The position numbers and the translations under genes are program-made. A model generated the notes under the pieces. That model was not told where the DNA came from. It made no database searches and saw only the letters and a program-made list of their open reading frames with translations. A stretch of DNA of 64,000 nucleotides from Harriotta raleighana (Eukaryota). Positions 24,013 through 38,146 of the stretch are shown piece by piece. The stretch is taken from positions 3,621,280 to 3,685,279 of the forward strand of contig JBNZDD010013698.1 of assembly GCA_050575255.1 (NCBI GenBank), read 5' to 3'. Each line of letters starts with the position of its first letter. Within the stretch, counting starts at the first letter, position 1.

Positions 24013-26999
24013 TATATATTATTATATATTTGTGGGATTCTTGATTGCCATCTTTCTTTGAATAATACAAGATGTTGTTTTGCAAACTAACATTGGTTTC
24101 AATTGGAGACAATAACAATTTTAACCTTGCTAGCCACTAACCGTCTGAAAAGCAAAAGCAATAGTAGAAGGCTTTACCTCTGTAAAAGTGTTGGTTAAAA
24201 AGATAGCTAAATACATAATCCAATTTGAACTATACTTGCCAATTATTTTTAAATTCAATTTAGTTCCAATTGATTAAAATAGCTCATATTAACATAATTT
24301 TGACCAGTCACATCCCACTGACAGCAAAAAGATGAACGATCATTTCATGTTGGGTGAATTGGGTGAGGACGAAATATCGGTCAAAAACAATTTTTGTAAA
24401 TATTCTAATGGCATAATAATCCTAACATTTTCATGTTGAGATGTCTCAAAATGTTTCACAGAGTATATTGTAAAGTATATTGACTGTATTTTGTAGGTGA
24501 AATTAAATCTTTAACATCCACAAAAAACTCCAGAACAGACAGACAAGCCTCACTTTAACATCTTTGTCAAAGGACAAAACTATTTTACAATTCTTTAAAT
24601 CACTAGAATGCTGCAAGTTAATTTTTTTTTTAAAATTTACTTTTGAGAACCATTTGAAAGTATGGTCACGCTCACTTTAACCACACAATATAATAGCTAA
24701 AAAAGAACGGGAAACAACCTGAGTGTTATATTCATTTAACGTCTCACTGACTTATTTCACAAAGTTTTTGTTTTAATGAATTCAGTACAATCTTTCTTTG
24801 GAAATAAAATAACAATCATTCCAGGGATGAAGTGCTTTAGATGTCCTCCCAAACCAAAAAGGACTATATAAATGTAAAATTGTTATTATGTTCAATACAG
24901 TCGTTCAATCTACCACACAGGAAAAGACCATTAAGGGGGCTCAGCCGGATTTGCAGAAAAACATTCACCATGTTTAAGATTATTCAAACCAAACTGAGAA
25001 TTCCATGCTGTCCACCTTTTCATGGAAATTACAAAGATTTATATTGGAAAGGAATGTGTACTCTCTCCCTGGAGGATGAATGTTGCTTACTTAATTCCAG
25101 AGAGATTCAGGCATTGGTGGGCAAATAAGGCTCGGGAACTTGTTGAGGTAATGATGGATTCCAAGCAGCTAAAACTGCATAGCTTGCCATTGAAAGTGCA
25201 GTCTGGTAATTTTTCCTGCTGCTTGGCCATCCTACTAATTAGGCCTTTCGTTTGCAAGGTCAACAGAGTTCAGTGGGAATAGTCTCTTCCCCAATGACTA
25301 GTCTGTCCATCCAAGTTCTGCCAATGAGCCAGGTTAACTGGACGGAAATCAGTAGTGCCCTGGAGTACTGCGGACCCATCTGGCTCAAGACCAGGACTAC
25401 TAAGACCACTACAGAAGTTGGGCTCAATTCTGGCCTTTGGTTACCAAGATGTTACATTGGAACCAGTTTACCTTCAAGGAGACCCCAATTACTTCTTTAC
25501 CCCCCACGCCCCCTCCCCCACACCATTCCCTCCACCCACTACTCCCCAAAGGAGGATACTATGAATATTCACTGGTCAAGACATTTTATCACTATAGTAC
25601 CATTGTTCTTTACTATTGCAGCAAATTCAGGGAACCCATGTGAGCCACTGCAAGTCACAAAATCTTGAATCTGAACCTGAGCTTCGAACCAAAATTTTGC
25701 AAATGGGAGTGACAAATACTCTTCTAATTGGAAGAGACCAATTTTGATAAGTCCTGAGACAACATGAGGTGCCATTTAGAATGAATAATTATCTGATCGC
25801 TCTATTCTCCCAGTGTCCTGGCCAACAACCTCTCAAATAAAATTGATTCATGGCTTTCGTGTTCACCTTCAAAATACATTCACTACTGTTCACAGAGAAT
25901 CCTCTGAAGCACTTTGAGACATCATCCCGACAGGAAAGACGCTATATCAATTTGCAAAGATTAGTGTTAATCTGTAACTTTCCCCCTGTAATTTCAACCA
26001 CAATACCTACATTACACCTGGAGTACCACTTCCCCCCTACACTCTGTGCAATTCAATTTGGGCTTCGCTCCTTCAAAGTACTGTACACTGAAAAGTCTCA
26101 TACAGTCCAGAAACATTCTCGATGCCCAGAAACATTCAACTGATTTTTTTTGTTATCAAAGAATTAACTGCATGACCAGTTCTTTAATCCCCCACAAAAT
26201 TTCCAGTCTATTGACTTTAAAGTACATTCTGTAAAACACTTTAAGACGTCTCAATGCTACATTAAATGCAAGGATTGTTATTATTATTTTATTATTAAAT
26301 ATCAATAAAACAAACGTTCAGTGAATTTCAAAATCGGATGTAACTTTTAAAAGAAGTGTTGCAATGCAAAGTACAGCAGGAAGTTGACTGCAGGCTTGCT
26401 CACATTGCTCCCCTGACAAAATAATTGGCTCTTTGATTCCAGCAATTTGAATTCAGCAAGAGTCAGTTTATTTGGGATTATAATTAATTTGTGGAGTGAA
26501 TTCAGTGATCCTGCAGGTGAAGTGGTGCGGGGGAAAATGTGGATTCTTCTCCTCCGTATGACGCAGTTTTCTCTCTTTGTAACCCAGTGTTAGCAACAAC
26601 CACTCCATAGTGAGATACTGCGAAGACCAGATGCAACAACAGCAACAGCAAATTACATTTATATAGCGCCTTTGATGTTGGAAGGACAATTAAGGGTTTG
26701 CGTCTGAGCTGTCGGTTGGAAAAAAAGAGGAATAGAGGGCAGAGTTGGGAGGGTGGGAGGGTGGCCAAAGGCATGGGCAAAGGGGAAGGTTTTCATACAG
26801 GCTTTGGAGGTGAGGGAAGGGGCTACTATACATGTAGAGTTTCGGGATGGAATTCCGGAGGGTGGGGGCAGGAACGCTAAAGCTAGTGGAGCTGGGCGAG
26901 GATCGATTCACGGAGCTTAATATGGGAGGAAATGCAGAATGTTGAATAAAATCAACAATCTGAGAACACCGGTGTGATATGTTTTATTCCAGGTCCCCC

Positions 27000-27215
27000 T
27001 CTAGATCTTTGTGAATGAAACCGACAATTTGGGGCCAAGCATCAGGCAGGTCTGTGCTATGGATCCACACCAAGCAGGAACTGAGCAAAAATGACTGTAC
27101 ACTAGTCAAATTCATTTCATGTGGCAACCAGGATCACCAGTGAACCAAAGAGAGTTTCACTCTCACAGGTTGGGTGGATTCCAACCCAGATCTCAGAGAC
27201 AAAGGGACAACGCGA
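27000..27215 (-). mobile_element. Ancient LF-SINE-like fragment
   Basis: Minus strand CCCTTTGTCTCTGAGATCTGGGTTGGAATCCACCC...GCCACATGAAATGAATTTG..TACAGTC resembles my recollection of the LF-SINE head and core. Confidence 0.4.
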
Positions 27216-28794
27216 CTCCCAACCTAAAGGTCCAAATTTGTAAACAAAACAAGATTTTCACAAGAAGTAATTCCCCCCAAAAAAATTGCACTTCTAAAAA
27301 TACATAAAGATTTCACAGCATATTAATTTGCAGTTTGTATAATTGTACAGGAATTCTTTTCAATATAAAACCAGTAATGCTTATCTATTTAACAACCACT
27401 TTCTCTTTTAGGAAGCTTATAAAATACTGACCCGGATACACCACTCCAACGTATTTATTGTTCCCTTCTAGTCTTATTGCAATGTATTTTTCCACTGCAC
27501 AACATGATTGCCACCTTTTGAAAACAGAACCACATTCATTAGTATAATCAGATCACTTAACTGTCTAAAAACAATGCAAATCCAAATGCTAATGAGTCAG
27601 AGTAGAACATTGAAGGTTAAAGTGAGAGATGACTTCCATTCTTTTGTGTTCTGTTGCAAAAGAAGAGCAAAGGACACAACTGACAGTAATATGCCCAAGC
27701 AAATTACTTTCTCCGCAAGAAAACCATCAGAACCGAAATGTCGGAGGTGCAAAATTCACTAAGATTCTGTTTTTAGCAATTGTGAGTACAATTCAGCAGC
27801 ATTGCAACAGCAGTCTTCAAACAGTTGTCTCTTAATCAGAGGCCAAATCACAGTGAGAGGTGCTGAACTATTCAACTGACATAGAGTACGGTGTTTTGCA
27901 TAAATGTCATCGGACCCATTATTCAAATGCTTTGTTTTCAAATAAAAAAAACCTCTTCTCTTTCTTGCCTACCCTGGATCTCATTCCACACCCCCATCGT
28001 TACTGATAATTCAAAACATCCGAGCATCACTTCACATCACTAAGGTTTTCATGCAAACAAAAACATTTGTGAATGCTCTGGTAATATTTGTCAATGAGTG
28101 TAATGCAATGTAATCCTGTAAAATCCTTATAAAATAGTGGTCGTCTCCGGGTAATGGATAGAAGTGGAAACCTTTGCTGATTTCCACTTCGCTAATTGAC
28201 TCAAAAAAAGCCAAAATCAAACCAATTCACATATCCCTGTGAAGTGCTTTGAGACGTCTTGACAACATGATAAGGTGTTATATCAAATGCTAGGATTATT
28301 AATATTAACAAGCCAGTTGCACTGAAGCCAATTGTAATGCTCCAAGTGGCTGCGACCAGCTAACTTAGCACAGTTTGAATGGATTTGAACTTGGGAGCTT
28401 CCCAGTCTGGATGCTCATCCACATTGCTTTTAAAGATAGACAGCATTCTGTTACAAAAATCTGTTTCAACTTGTGAACGTTCCAAGTACCTTTTTGCCCA
28501 CATGTACCACTCCAACCTACCACAAATTATAAGCAGCAATTAATCCAGAACGATTCACTCCCCAGCAACCGAAAAACTGAAAATAACTCCCATTTAACCA
28601 TTTGCTGTGATCGTTATTATTATATTAAATACACTGTGCATGAATAAAATAATTAGTTTTGAATCAACAATATTCAGTCTGGTTGTGCTTTTGTGTTTGT
28701 TGGTGTTTCATTAGCCATGTTGTTCCCTGGGTTCAGTCATACAGAGTTATATCTTCCCCGAGTACTGTGAAACCTGATCAAGGTTTCCATCAGG

Positions 28795-29362
28795 TCTGAC
28801 TGGAGACTGTTTTCTACCTCCAGTTGTGACCCCCAGTCCCTTGATGTTCTGTCAGCTTGTCTGTTGGACATCAAGAGTTGGATGAGTGCTAATTTTCTGC
28901 AGTTAAATGTCAACAAGATGGAAGCCATACTCTTTAGCTCTCATTCAACGTCTCATCAACTGGTTCTGACCTCCTCAACCTATCCAACCTGTCCTTAAAA
29001 CTCTCAGAACTCGTGTGCAATCTAATCGTCAGGTTCGATCCCCACCTTTCTCCATCACATCCAGTCCCTCACCAGCACCGATTTCTTTCATCTCCGTCAC
29101 ATTGCCCGACTCTGCTAATACCTCACCCCAACAAACTGCCGAAATCTTGGTCCGTGTCCTTGTCATCTTTCGGCTGGATTACTCCAATGCTCTCTTCGCC
29201 AGCCTCCCCTCCTCCACAATTCACAAAATTCAGCTCATTCAAAACTCCGCCGCCCGGATTGTCACCTTTACCACACTTCATACCCTGATTACCCCATTCT
29301 TTGCCAAACTTCACTGGCTCACTGTCACAAATCGACTTCAAGATCCTCACTTTTGTGTTTAA
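28795..29362 (+). mobile_element. L2 LINE ORF2 fragment
   Basis: [41 protein letters not shown] and KLHWL motifs. Confidence 0.85.
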
Positions 29363-29489
29363 ATCAAATAACTGCACAGATAAGTTAGCCAATACCAGCT
29401 CCAAAAGTATACCATTTCTCATATTTTGCACCTTTCTAGAGGAAATAAAAATTCTATAAATAGCAGATATGTCACCAAAGCTCCCTCTG

Positions 29490-30728
29490 TCTCCTCGTCC
29501 TCTTTGACCTCCTTCTGCCTTCCATACTGTTGAACACTCTATCCTCCTCCACTGCCTTTCCTCTCCTCTCAACCTCATGGTTCTGTCCTTGAATAGTTCA
29601 GATCCTACCTCTCACACAGTCTCCATTTCATCTCCACAAATGGTTTCTCCTCCAGTCCCCAGACCATCACGTGCAATGTTCCTCAGGGTTATGTCCTTGG
29701 TTTCCTCCTTTTCAATATCTACATACTCCCGCTTGGTGACATCATCCACAAACCTGGGGTCAACTTCCACATGTATGCGGATGACAACCAACTCTATCTC
29801 TCTGCCTCCACCCTCAACTCCACTGCTGTCCAGACATCAAGTGCTGGATGAGTGCTAACTTTCTACAGTTGAACGTCAACAAGATCGAGGCCTTCCTGAT
29901 TGGCTCCTGTCAGCACCTGCACATTGCAGGAATTGACAGCCTCACCATCCAAGGATGCACACTCCACCTCACTTAGCGAGTCCGGAATCTTAGTGGATTA
30001 TTTGACCCTCAACTATTTGACCCTTTTCTACCCCACATCCGGGCCATGACCTTCTCTGCCTCCCCCCACCTCCACAACACCACCTAGCTCTACTACTGTC
30101 TCATACCATAGGCCACTAATACCCTTTACATGCATTCATAATATCAGGGTTTGACTATGCAAATGTCCTGCTTGTCAGCTTCCCCAACTCCTCCTTCCAT
30201 AGGCTGCAGATCATCCAGTACTCTGCAGCTTGTGTCCTCTCCCAAGAGAACCAAGATCCTTGATTCTATTATCCCCATCCTCGCCTGACTCCACTGGCTT
30301 TCACAAGAGGATACAGTTCAAGATCCTGGTCCTCATCTTCAAAGCCCTGCATGGACTTGGTCCTCCCCGACTTCTAACTTCTAATGCTCTACCAACCTGC
30401 CCGCTCCCTCTGCTCAGCTTCAGTCTGCTTCACATTCACTACCTCACCTGCCCACAACCATTGGCAGACGGGTCTTCAGCCATTCCATCCTCATCCTCTG
30501 GAACTCCATCTCGCAACCCCTCTGCCTTGACCCGACCCTTGTCTCCTTTACGATCCTTCACAAGACCCTCCTCTTTGAGTGTTTCTTCAATCACCCTCAT
30601 TCCCCCCCTGTCCTGCACCCACCCGATCCCAACCCCCAACTCTGGTATGCAACACTGATTGTCCAGCGTCTTGGGACATCCTTCTGACGTGAAAAGGACT
30701 ATACAAATGTAATTTTGTTATTGTTGTT
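29490..30728 (+). mobile_element. L2 LINE, 5'-truncated, RT domain to tail
   Basis: VPQG..LG and [13 protein letters not shown] (intact YADD), followed by a 3' UTR and tail AAATGTAATTTTGTTATTGTTG. Confidence 0.9.
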
Positions 30729-31148
30729 ACATAAGAGTTTCATGTACAATATTTCTTATCCGAATGTATATCATACTGGACCCTGGGAACACCAGGGAAA
30801 TCAAAATCTACAGCAGGGTTCCTGTAGGTCAATAGGAATTCTGAAACCATTTTTTTATTAAGGAAGCTCATTTAGAAATTCTGCACCACAATTAAGTCCA
30901 AAAGTATCCATATGTTAACAAAACAAGAGTGTAGCGTCAGTTTAAATATATTGTGTTAGAGTAGTATAATGCCTGATTTATACTGTATATTGTAAAGCAT
31001 ATCATTCCTATTGAATAAACTATATAGTGGAACACTCATATTGTATATAGAGTAAGGTAGTACTCCATTGATACTGTGTTGAGTATACTAGTGTATTAAA
31101 ATGCCTGATTTATACTGTATATAGTATATTGTACATTGATACTGCTTT

Positions 31149-31450
31149 GTGGAGTCCTGTAGCTTAGTGGTTAGAGCATTCGCCTTAGAAGCATGAGACC
31201 TGTGTTCAAATACAGGCAGGGGGAAACCTTGGGCAAGTTTCCTTGCTCCACATGCCTATTAACAATCCCTCAAAAAAATGATAAATTCGTCATTTCAATC
31301 CACGACTGTTTGTGGGAAACTGCTGTGAGCAATTGGCTGCCGCGTTTCGCCCACAAATATACAGTCTATTCACTTTACTGTGTATCCTGTGAAGCGCTTT
31401 GAGAAGTCTAAAAAATGTGAAAAACGCGATTTCAAATGCAAGGATTATTA
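31149..31450 (+). mobile_element. Full-length tRNA-derived DeuSINE-type SINE
   Basis: GGAGTCCTGTAGCTTAGTGGTTAGAGC (A box), GTTCAAAT (B box), core GCAATTGGCTGCCGCGTTTCGCCC and tail CAAATGCAAGGATTATTA. Confidence 0.88.
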
Positions 31451-33981
31451 ACACTATTGAGGCGACACTCGTCTAAAGTGAGATGACAGTGAGTGGACAG
31501 AACAAGTTTTATGTCCAGACACCCCAAACAATTTGAGATGGTTTCTCAGAATCAGCCACATGTGCACTACTTTGACATAAAGGCATTGGGAATACAATGC
31601 ATTTTGACATGTAACATATGTCAAAAAAAATGATTTTTTTTGAAGATAGGAAAACAAATTCTAATTGAAAATGCATAACATATATGAATGGAAGACTGAC
31701 AGACAGGGGGTACAGAGATTCAAATCCCTTTCACCCCAGCAATGAGAAAAATACCTTTATCAAATGGATGCTAAAGAGTTGTAAAAGAAAGGCATAAATC
31801 ACAAATCTGATTTTTACCACATGCAAACCAGCCCAGGTACACAGACAGACTCAGACACTGTCATTTGCAGAACAAAGCCTGGAAGTTCCAGCAGCGATTC
31901 TCACTGTCTATAATATGGCTGCAGCATATTGGCAAGGTCATCAGGTTTGGTGACGAGCTGACGAGGCTCCATACACCATTAACTTCAACTCCGGAGAGTC
32001 TGGAAAGCAAAGTCCAAATGAACTAACAGCTGGCAATGGCTGCATTTAAATCTCAAAGACTCTTTCACTTTTTGAAACCAACAACTTCATAAGCCACAGC
32101 ACACGGACAATCAGCCACATAATGCATCCACAGCGGTGAGGGAATGGTGAGGGTGGGGATAGAGACACGATTAGGAATCACTGCAATAATCAACCCCATT
32201 CCCCATTCAGATTTATAGATTCATTATTAGAAATGGCAGGTATTGTCAGGGTAGATGTGAGGACATCTACCCTGCAGTTTTGAGTTGTTACTCAGCAGAA
32301 CTCTGCATCATAATACACGTGCAGCAAATATGCAAAAATAAAAATGCCCATTCAAAGGATTAATGCTTCCCGGTTTCTAAGCCATGCAGCAGCTGACATT
32401 ACTTGCAAAGGTGTCTGGGGCTTGAAGCATTAAACAGTCTGCAATCTGTGATATCTCTCTCTCCCCTTTTCCCTCTACCCTAAATGTATGCAGATTTTGT
32501 GCCTGCAGGCTGACTGCACCTCAGTCAGACAGTCAGGGAGCAGATGAGCAGGAACGCTCTACTGCCTTTCCCATCTGACAGTGATAGATGATCAACCCTA
32601 ATGCTCAGCTCAGGCTAATACGTTTGGGCCTCTCCAGCCTTCTGTTCCAAAATGTCTCCTCGTTCAACCTGCTTTCCAGTGTGTACCATCCATCTAAAAG
32701 GTCAAAAGGTTGTCTCCCCTCCCCTTCTGCATTTTTCCGTTTAGTTCTGACTGCCTTTGTTTTTAACTAACTAACATGGACTGTACCTGTGACAAAGTAA
32801 AACAAAGGCAATCACGCCTCTGTAGCTGTGATTTATGGTTACAATTGCAATTTTTCTTCTAAAAGCTGCTTTCGGCCAAGATATAATAATCCTTGCAAAA
32901 CACAAAATAATCTTTGCATTTGATATAGCACCTGATCATGCCATTGAGGCATCTCAGAATATATGGAAACATATTTACTTCACAGTATAGTGAATTTAAT
33001 GTGCATTTTGTGGGTGAAACACAGCAGCCAATTGCATACAGCAGTGTCCCACAAATAGCAGTTAGATACCCACAAAGTACCCAATCAATCTACTTGAGAT
33101 TTCTCTACAATTAGGATGTATATCAAATGCTAGGGTTATTATTGTTAAGTAAAAATGACATAAGAATAACAACAAAATTACATTTGCACAGCACCTTTCA
33201 TGTCAGGAGGACATCCCAAGGTGCTGGACAGTCTGTATTTTAGACCTGAGCTGGGGTTGTGATCGGGGAGGTTGAAAGAAGGGAGGGAAACAGGTTGATC
33301 AAATGTCCTGTCAAAGATGAGAGTCTTGAGGACTTGAAGGGGGCTAGGGAGGGGGTGAGCTGAGTGGATTGTGGGATGCAATTTCAAAGGTTGGGGGGAG
33401 AGTGGCTGAAGGCTTTCCCTCCAATGGTGGGGCGGATGGGTCGGGGAATGTAGAGCAGGCTGGAGCCCAATTTAATATTCCTAAAGACAGGAATAAAATG
33501 AATTAGGAATACAGGTCTCACATTTTTACCTCCCTCCCCATGATGTTTCTTCCCAGATTAAATAATCCCGTTTCCAATGTTTGGGGAGTACATACGTACC
33601 CAGGTGACACATGTATAAGATAGAGACTTAGACATCTAAAATAAAATTTAGGAGGAACCACTTCACGCAGAAGGTAGTGAGGTTGTATAAATCATTACCT
33701 GAAGCGATGGTTGAATCAGATAGTAAAGATGGATTCAAGAGGAAGCCAGACCGTCACATGAAATAGAGGGTAATAGAAGGGAATGCACATCTGTGTAAAT
33801 AAACAAGTATAGATCACTGACTATGTAAATCATTTAAAGATTTAGAAGAGGTGTTCACCAATTCTAAGATTTCACTGTTGCAGTAGTATTCACATGTGAG
33901 AAGGCATTGGGAACCTCCACGAGTTACCCTTAATACCAACTGCAGTGGAATCCCACCCTCAGATGGGAGCTGCACTATACA

Positions 33982-34430
33982 ACAACAACTTGTACTTATT
34001 TGGGGCCCTCTATGCAGGGCAGCATCTCAGAGCACTTAGCAGTGACTCCAAGCCAGGGGAGGAGGTGACTGTAACCACGGTCGAATAGGGAGGTTTTCAG
34101 GCAGCACTTGAAAAGGGGAAGTGAGGGGGGAAGACGAAGGGATTGAGGGAGTGTTTCAGAGTATCAGGGTGTAGTGGCTGAATGCGCAATCTCCAATGGT
34201 GGAGCAGAGGGTGCGAGGGATAAGCAGGAGGCCGGCACCAGGGTGTGAAGGGAATTGAACATGAGTGCAATGATCTTGAAGTTGATCCATTCAGCGTTGG
34301 GCAGCCACTGGAGCCTGGCCAGAATTAGTGAGAAGGAGGTATTGAGTTTGGATAAGGATGCAGGAGCAGAGTTCTGAATAAGATGGATTTTTTGAATAGT
34401 GGTCTTCGATTTGGTGCAGTACAAGTGATT
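33982..34430 (-). mobile_element. L2 LINE 3' fragment
   Basis: IQNSA..LARLQWLPNAEWINFKI on the minus strand, with a (TTG)n tail at about 33982. Confidence 0.8.
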
Positions 34431-37400
34431 TCCTGCAGTACAACTGCAGCAGAGGGTTCCAAAAGGTTGCTTCATGCAGAGAAAGTACACAAAAATGTTT
34501 CCAATAAGCATAATGTTTGATGCACCGGCCTGCATTTTTAAAGCTCCCATTTGACTCTTTTCTGGTGCACGGCATTAGCAAGTTTTCTTTCACTGTGAAA
34601 TTTCAAGCGAACATTTGAATACTGCAATAATCTTCAGCAAACATTTCCTCTGCAGCTTCAGTATTTTGTACCCTGGCCTGTGGAAATATAAAATATCGAC
34701 CACCAGCCTTCCCTCATAAACATCAATGGGTGTGATGTGCTCTTTGTTTCCTCAAAAATGTCAATAGACCATTTCATTTGGAACAGATTAACATGTCGAA
34801 GAACCATTTGAATACAAGCGCATGTGTTCAACATGGCTCTGAGTAAGAGGGTTGCGGGTTTATGACCCACATCGTTACATTGAATTCACAATCTCGGCTG
34901 ACGTTCCAATGCAGTACTGGGGGAGCATTAGGTGGGAGCACTACCTGTTTAGGTGGTTGTTAAAAATTCCAATGCAATGTTGAAAAAGACTAGCCGCCAC
35001 ATCCCTACAAAATCCACAGTCACTACACATTATTGAAAATATATCATGAGAAGCACTTTGAGGCTCCTCCCAACCTAAATAGTGCTAGATCAATTTAAAG
35101 CATTCTTCTTATTATTAAAAATTTAGCTTATTTTGTTTCACTATGCTCTGCAGCTCATTTTTTGTTGCTTTGTTTTTTTCAATCTCTTAATCTGCCAAGA
35201 TTCCAAGTTCTGTCCATTCCTAGAGTTTTTGTTGTCTTTTACCTCCTCTTTGTTATTTGTAATTCTGGGAAACTAATTATTCCCGACATTTCATCTCAGT
35301 CTTCAAATAATTCAATATATTCTTTGACAAGAGAGGTACATCAATATGTCGCTATCTATCAGATGATACTCAGAGGAAGCAGTAAATTCTATCAACTACC
35401 ACCATGATTTGTTTCATGAATCAGTATGTTTGATCCTGTTACACCCCTCTTTTAACTTCATATACACACAAAAGGTGCTGAACATGCCTGCTAACCTTTG
35501 CTAGTCATTTACTTTATGGCTATTTGTGAGCTGTTGCTAAGTGCAAACTGGCTGCCATATTCGACTAAAAAACACAGTCAATGTAATTCTCAGCGAATCC
35601 TGTGAAGTGATTGGAGACTTCCTCCTGACCCGAGAGGTGCTATTTCAAATGCATGGATTTTTGTAAAAACTTATCATTGTAAAAATTTGAACACATAAAT
35701 AGGAAATGGGAAAAATACCGAACCTCTTGATCAAATCTCTCTCCTGTTAATTTATTTCACGATTAACTGAGTCACAGAGATCAGAAGCATTCTAGGTTTG
35801 ATTCCTAGCTTGTGGCGAGTCAACAAATTTAAACTGGCAAGGAATAATACAGGTTCCAGTTGCCTGGACTGGGGGAGGGCAGTGGGGGATACAATCAAAT
35901 ATCGTTTCCTTTTCTGAGGCTCAAAATTCCATCTACTCTTAACCTGCGACATCATTCTGTCTTACAATTTTCCTGCGCGGAAAGGAAGATTGAAAAATTC
36001 TTAAATGCCATCTTAATTTGAAAGCTGGTTTTCTGCAGCTCTCGACTAGAACTAGGCATTACACATTCCCCAAATCTACACACTTTTAACATTTCAAAAC
36101 ACAATGGTTCTGTAGGCCAAGACTCAATGGAATATTTGGTCTTTTGTCCACATCCAGTGACCTATGCTAGCTGCTGCCATTGTTACACAGAGTACTGTAA
36201 TGCACATAGATTAGAATTTGTGCATTCTAGCCTCATCAATAGATGAAGGACATTGTCGAGCATCTGCCTATAAAATATACAGTCACTACACTTTATAAGT
36301 AATTATTGTGAGACATACTCCTGACATGAAAGCAATCTATCAAATGGAAAGATTATTGTTATTATTATATCTATTTCAAGCATTTAAAGCATGATAGATT
36401 CACCCTTTAAAAAAGTTTTTGAAGAGTTGCTGATGCAGGACCAACAATTTACAGGCTGGTGTGTTGCACAACTCATTCTGACAGAGAGTAAATCAGAAAT
36501 GACATTGCACTCATTTGCAGCACAAATCAGCACCTTCAGAAAAGAAGAAAGGGAAAGGATAGTGGGATTAGATTGACATGTGGAGAAAAATACCTGACAG
36601 ACCTCATAAATTGAAAGCCCATCTTATTTGCTTACTTGCTCTTACTTGGGACGTCCTCCTGACGTGAAAGGCGCTATACAGTGTAATTTTGTTGTATTTT
36701 GTTGTCACTTCAATAGGAAGGTTAGGAGAATGTTTCTCACACACAGAACAGTCAATATGTAGAATGCTCTGTCAGGAATGATGCTTGAGGCAGAATCCTT
36801 ATTGGCTTTCTAAAAGAAACTAGTTAAATACCTTAAAAGGAGTCAGTTGTAGGGGTTTGGGGAAAAACAGAAGAATGGGACTGAAATAATTGCTTTTGAA
36901 GGAGCTGGCATGATGGGCTCAATAGCCTGTTTATTTGCAGTAAATTTCTATAGTTCTATGGTAAACTTCTATGAAACTCAGGAGGGGGGAAAAATTAAAT
37001 GTTTTGTCTATCTTTGTATAAAAGTGCACCTGTGTTTCTCTACTTGGCTAGAAACATATCTTGTCACAAGAAACAGTGACCAACGTGCTGTGACACTCAG
37101 TGATTCAGTGATAAACCCAATGCAAGTTATCATGCACAAACATCTCCCACCAGGTAACCAGCTTTCAGTCCAACATTGAGATGCAAGTCTTACAAGCATA
37201 GGTCCTGTTCGTCCTTCAGAACTAACTAGGAAAACATCACGAGTATATTATGCAATAGGTGACTTTTAAAATTAAAAAAAATTAATTAAAAATATAACCA
37301 GCATTAACATAATGTCATTTCTTACATTCTATAACAAATTAATTTGAGTCAGGCAAGTCACCTTCTACATACATGTAAATAAGGCTCACAGGCTCCCCTG

Positions 37401-37435
37401 AAACATGTCTTTCTAATCGAATAGTAAGCAGTTAC

Positions 37436-37462
37436 CTGAATCTAGGAGATGATGGAAAGAAC
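37436..37462 (-). CDS. Candidate 27-nt microexon (phase 1-1), in frame with MSRA-like exon 2
   Basis: cacatctttcttcccccag|GTTCTTTCCATCATCTCCTAGATTCAG|gtaact translates in phase 1 to (x)SFHHLLDS. Supported by splice signals only, with no homology. Confidence 0.3.
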
Positions 37463-37845
37463 CTGGGGGAAGAAAGATGTGATCGTCCTATTTAACAGGA
37501 TTCCAATAAAAAGAAAATAAAGAACCTATTCATTTTTATAACACAATAATGATGAAGCATAACAGAATAGTAGCTGACTTCATGACTAACATTACATCAA
37601 CTAGACACCTAAAATACATGTTGAGGTATCCAAATTTTTAGAAAGAAATTGCTTCAAGAAAGGGTATAAGAGATTCAATTCTGCACAAACTACATAGGTT
37701 TAATCAGTTGCTTTTTTCACAATCAAAGGGAGGTAGCCTATGTTTTATATTGAACATATCTTTGGTACCCGTGTTAGAAAATACTATTCTATTTCACTCA
37801 GTGTTTTGTTTTTTCTTTAAATCTCTATATAAATTATGTTTGATA

Positions 37846-38146
37846 TGGTTAGAGCATGCCTTACAAGTGTGAGAGCTGTGATCGAATCCAGGCAGGTCAG
37901 TTAGAAACCCTGGGCAAGTTTCCTCACTCCACATGCCTACTAAAAATCACTCCAATTTTATTTTTTAAAATTGCTCATTTCACTCCACGACTATTTGCTG
38001 TGCACAATTGACTGCTGGGTTTCGCCCACAAGTATGCATTCAATTCACTTTACAATATATTCTGCGAAGCACTTTGAGATGTCTAGAAGACGTGAAAAGT
38101 GCTGTATCAAATGCAAGGATTATGATTATTATTATTATTATTATTG
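37846..38146 (+). mobile_element. DeuSINE-type SINE
   Basis: Same family as 31149-31450, with a long (TTA)n tail. Confidence 0.82.

Noticed and set aside
28130-28165. Minus-strand PLPGD as a possible MSRA exon 1 (ALPGR)
   Set aside because: No suitable phase-1 GT donor follows and there is no further similarity.
30960-31145. Repeated AATGCCTGATTTATACTGTATAT, and similar short duplications at 451-478 and 58923-58954
   Set aside because: Ordinary slippage or decayed minisatellite with no further structure.
31149-31225. tRNA-like sequences at SINE heads (also 6072, 42265, 45308, 59665)
   Set aside because: They run directly into SINE bodies and lack complete cloverleaves, so they are not tRNA genes.
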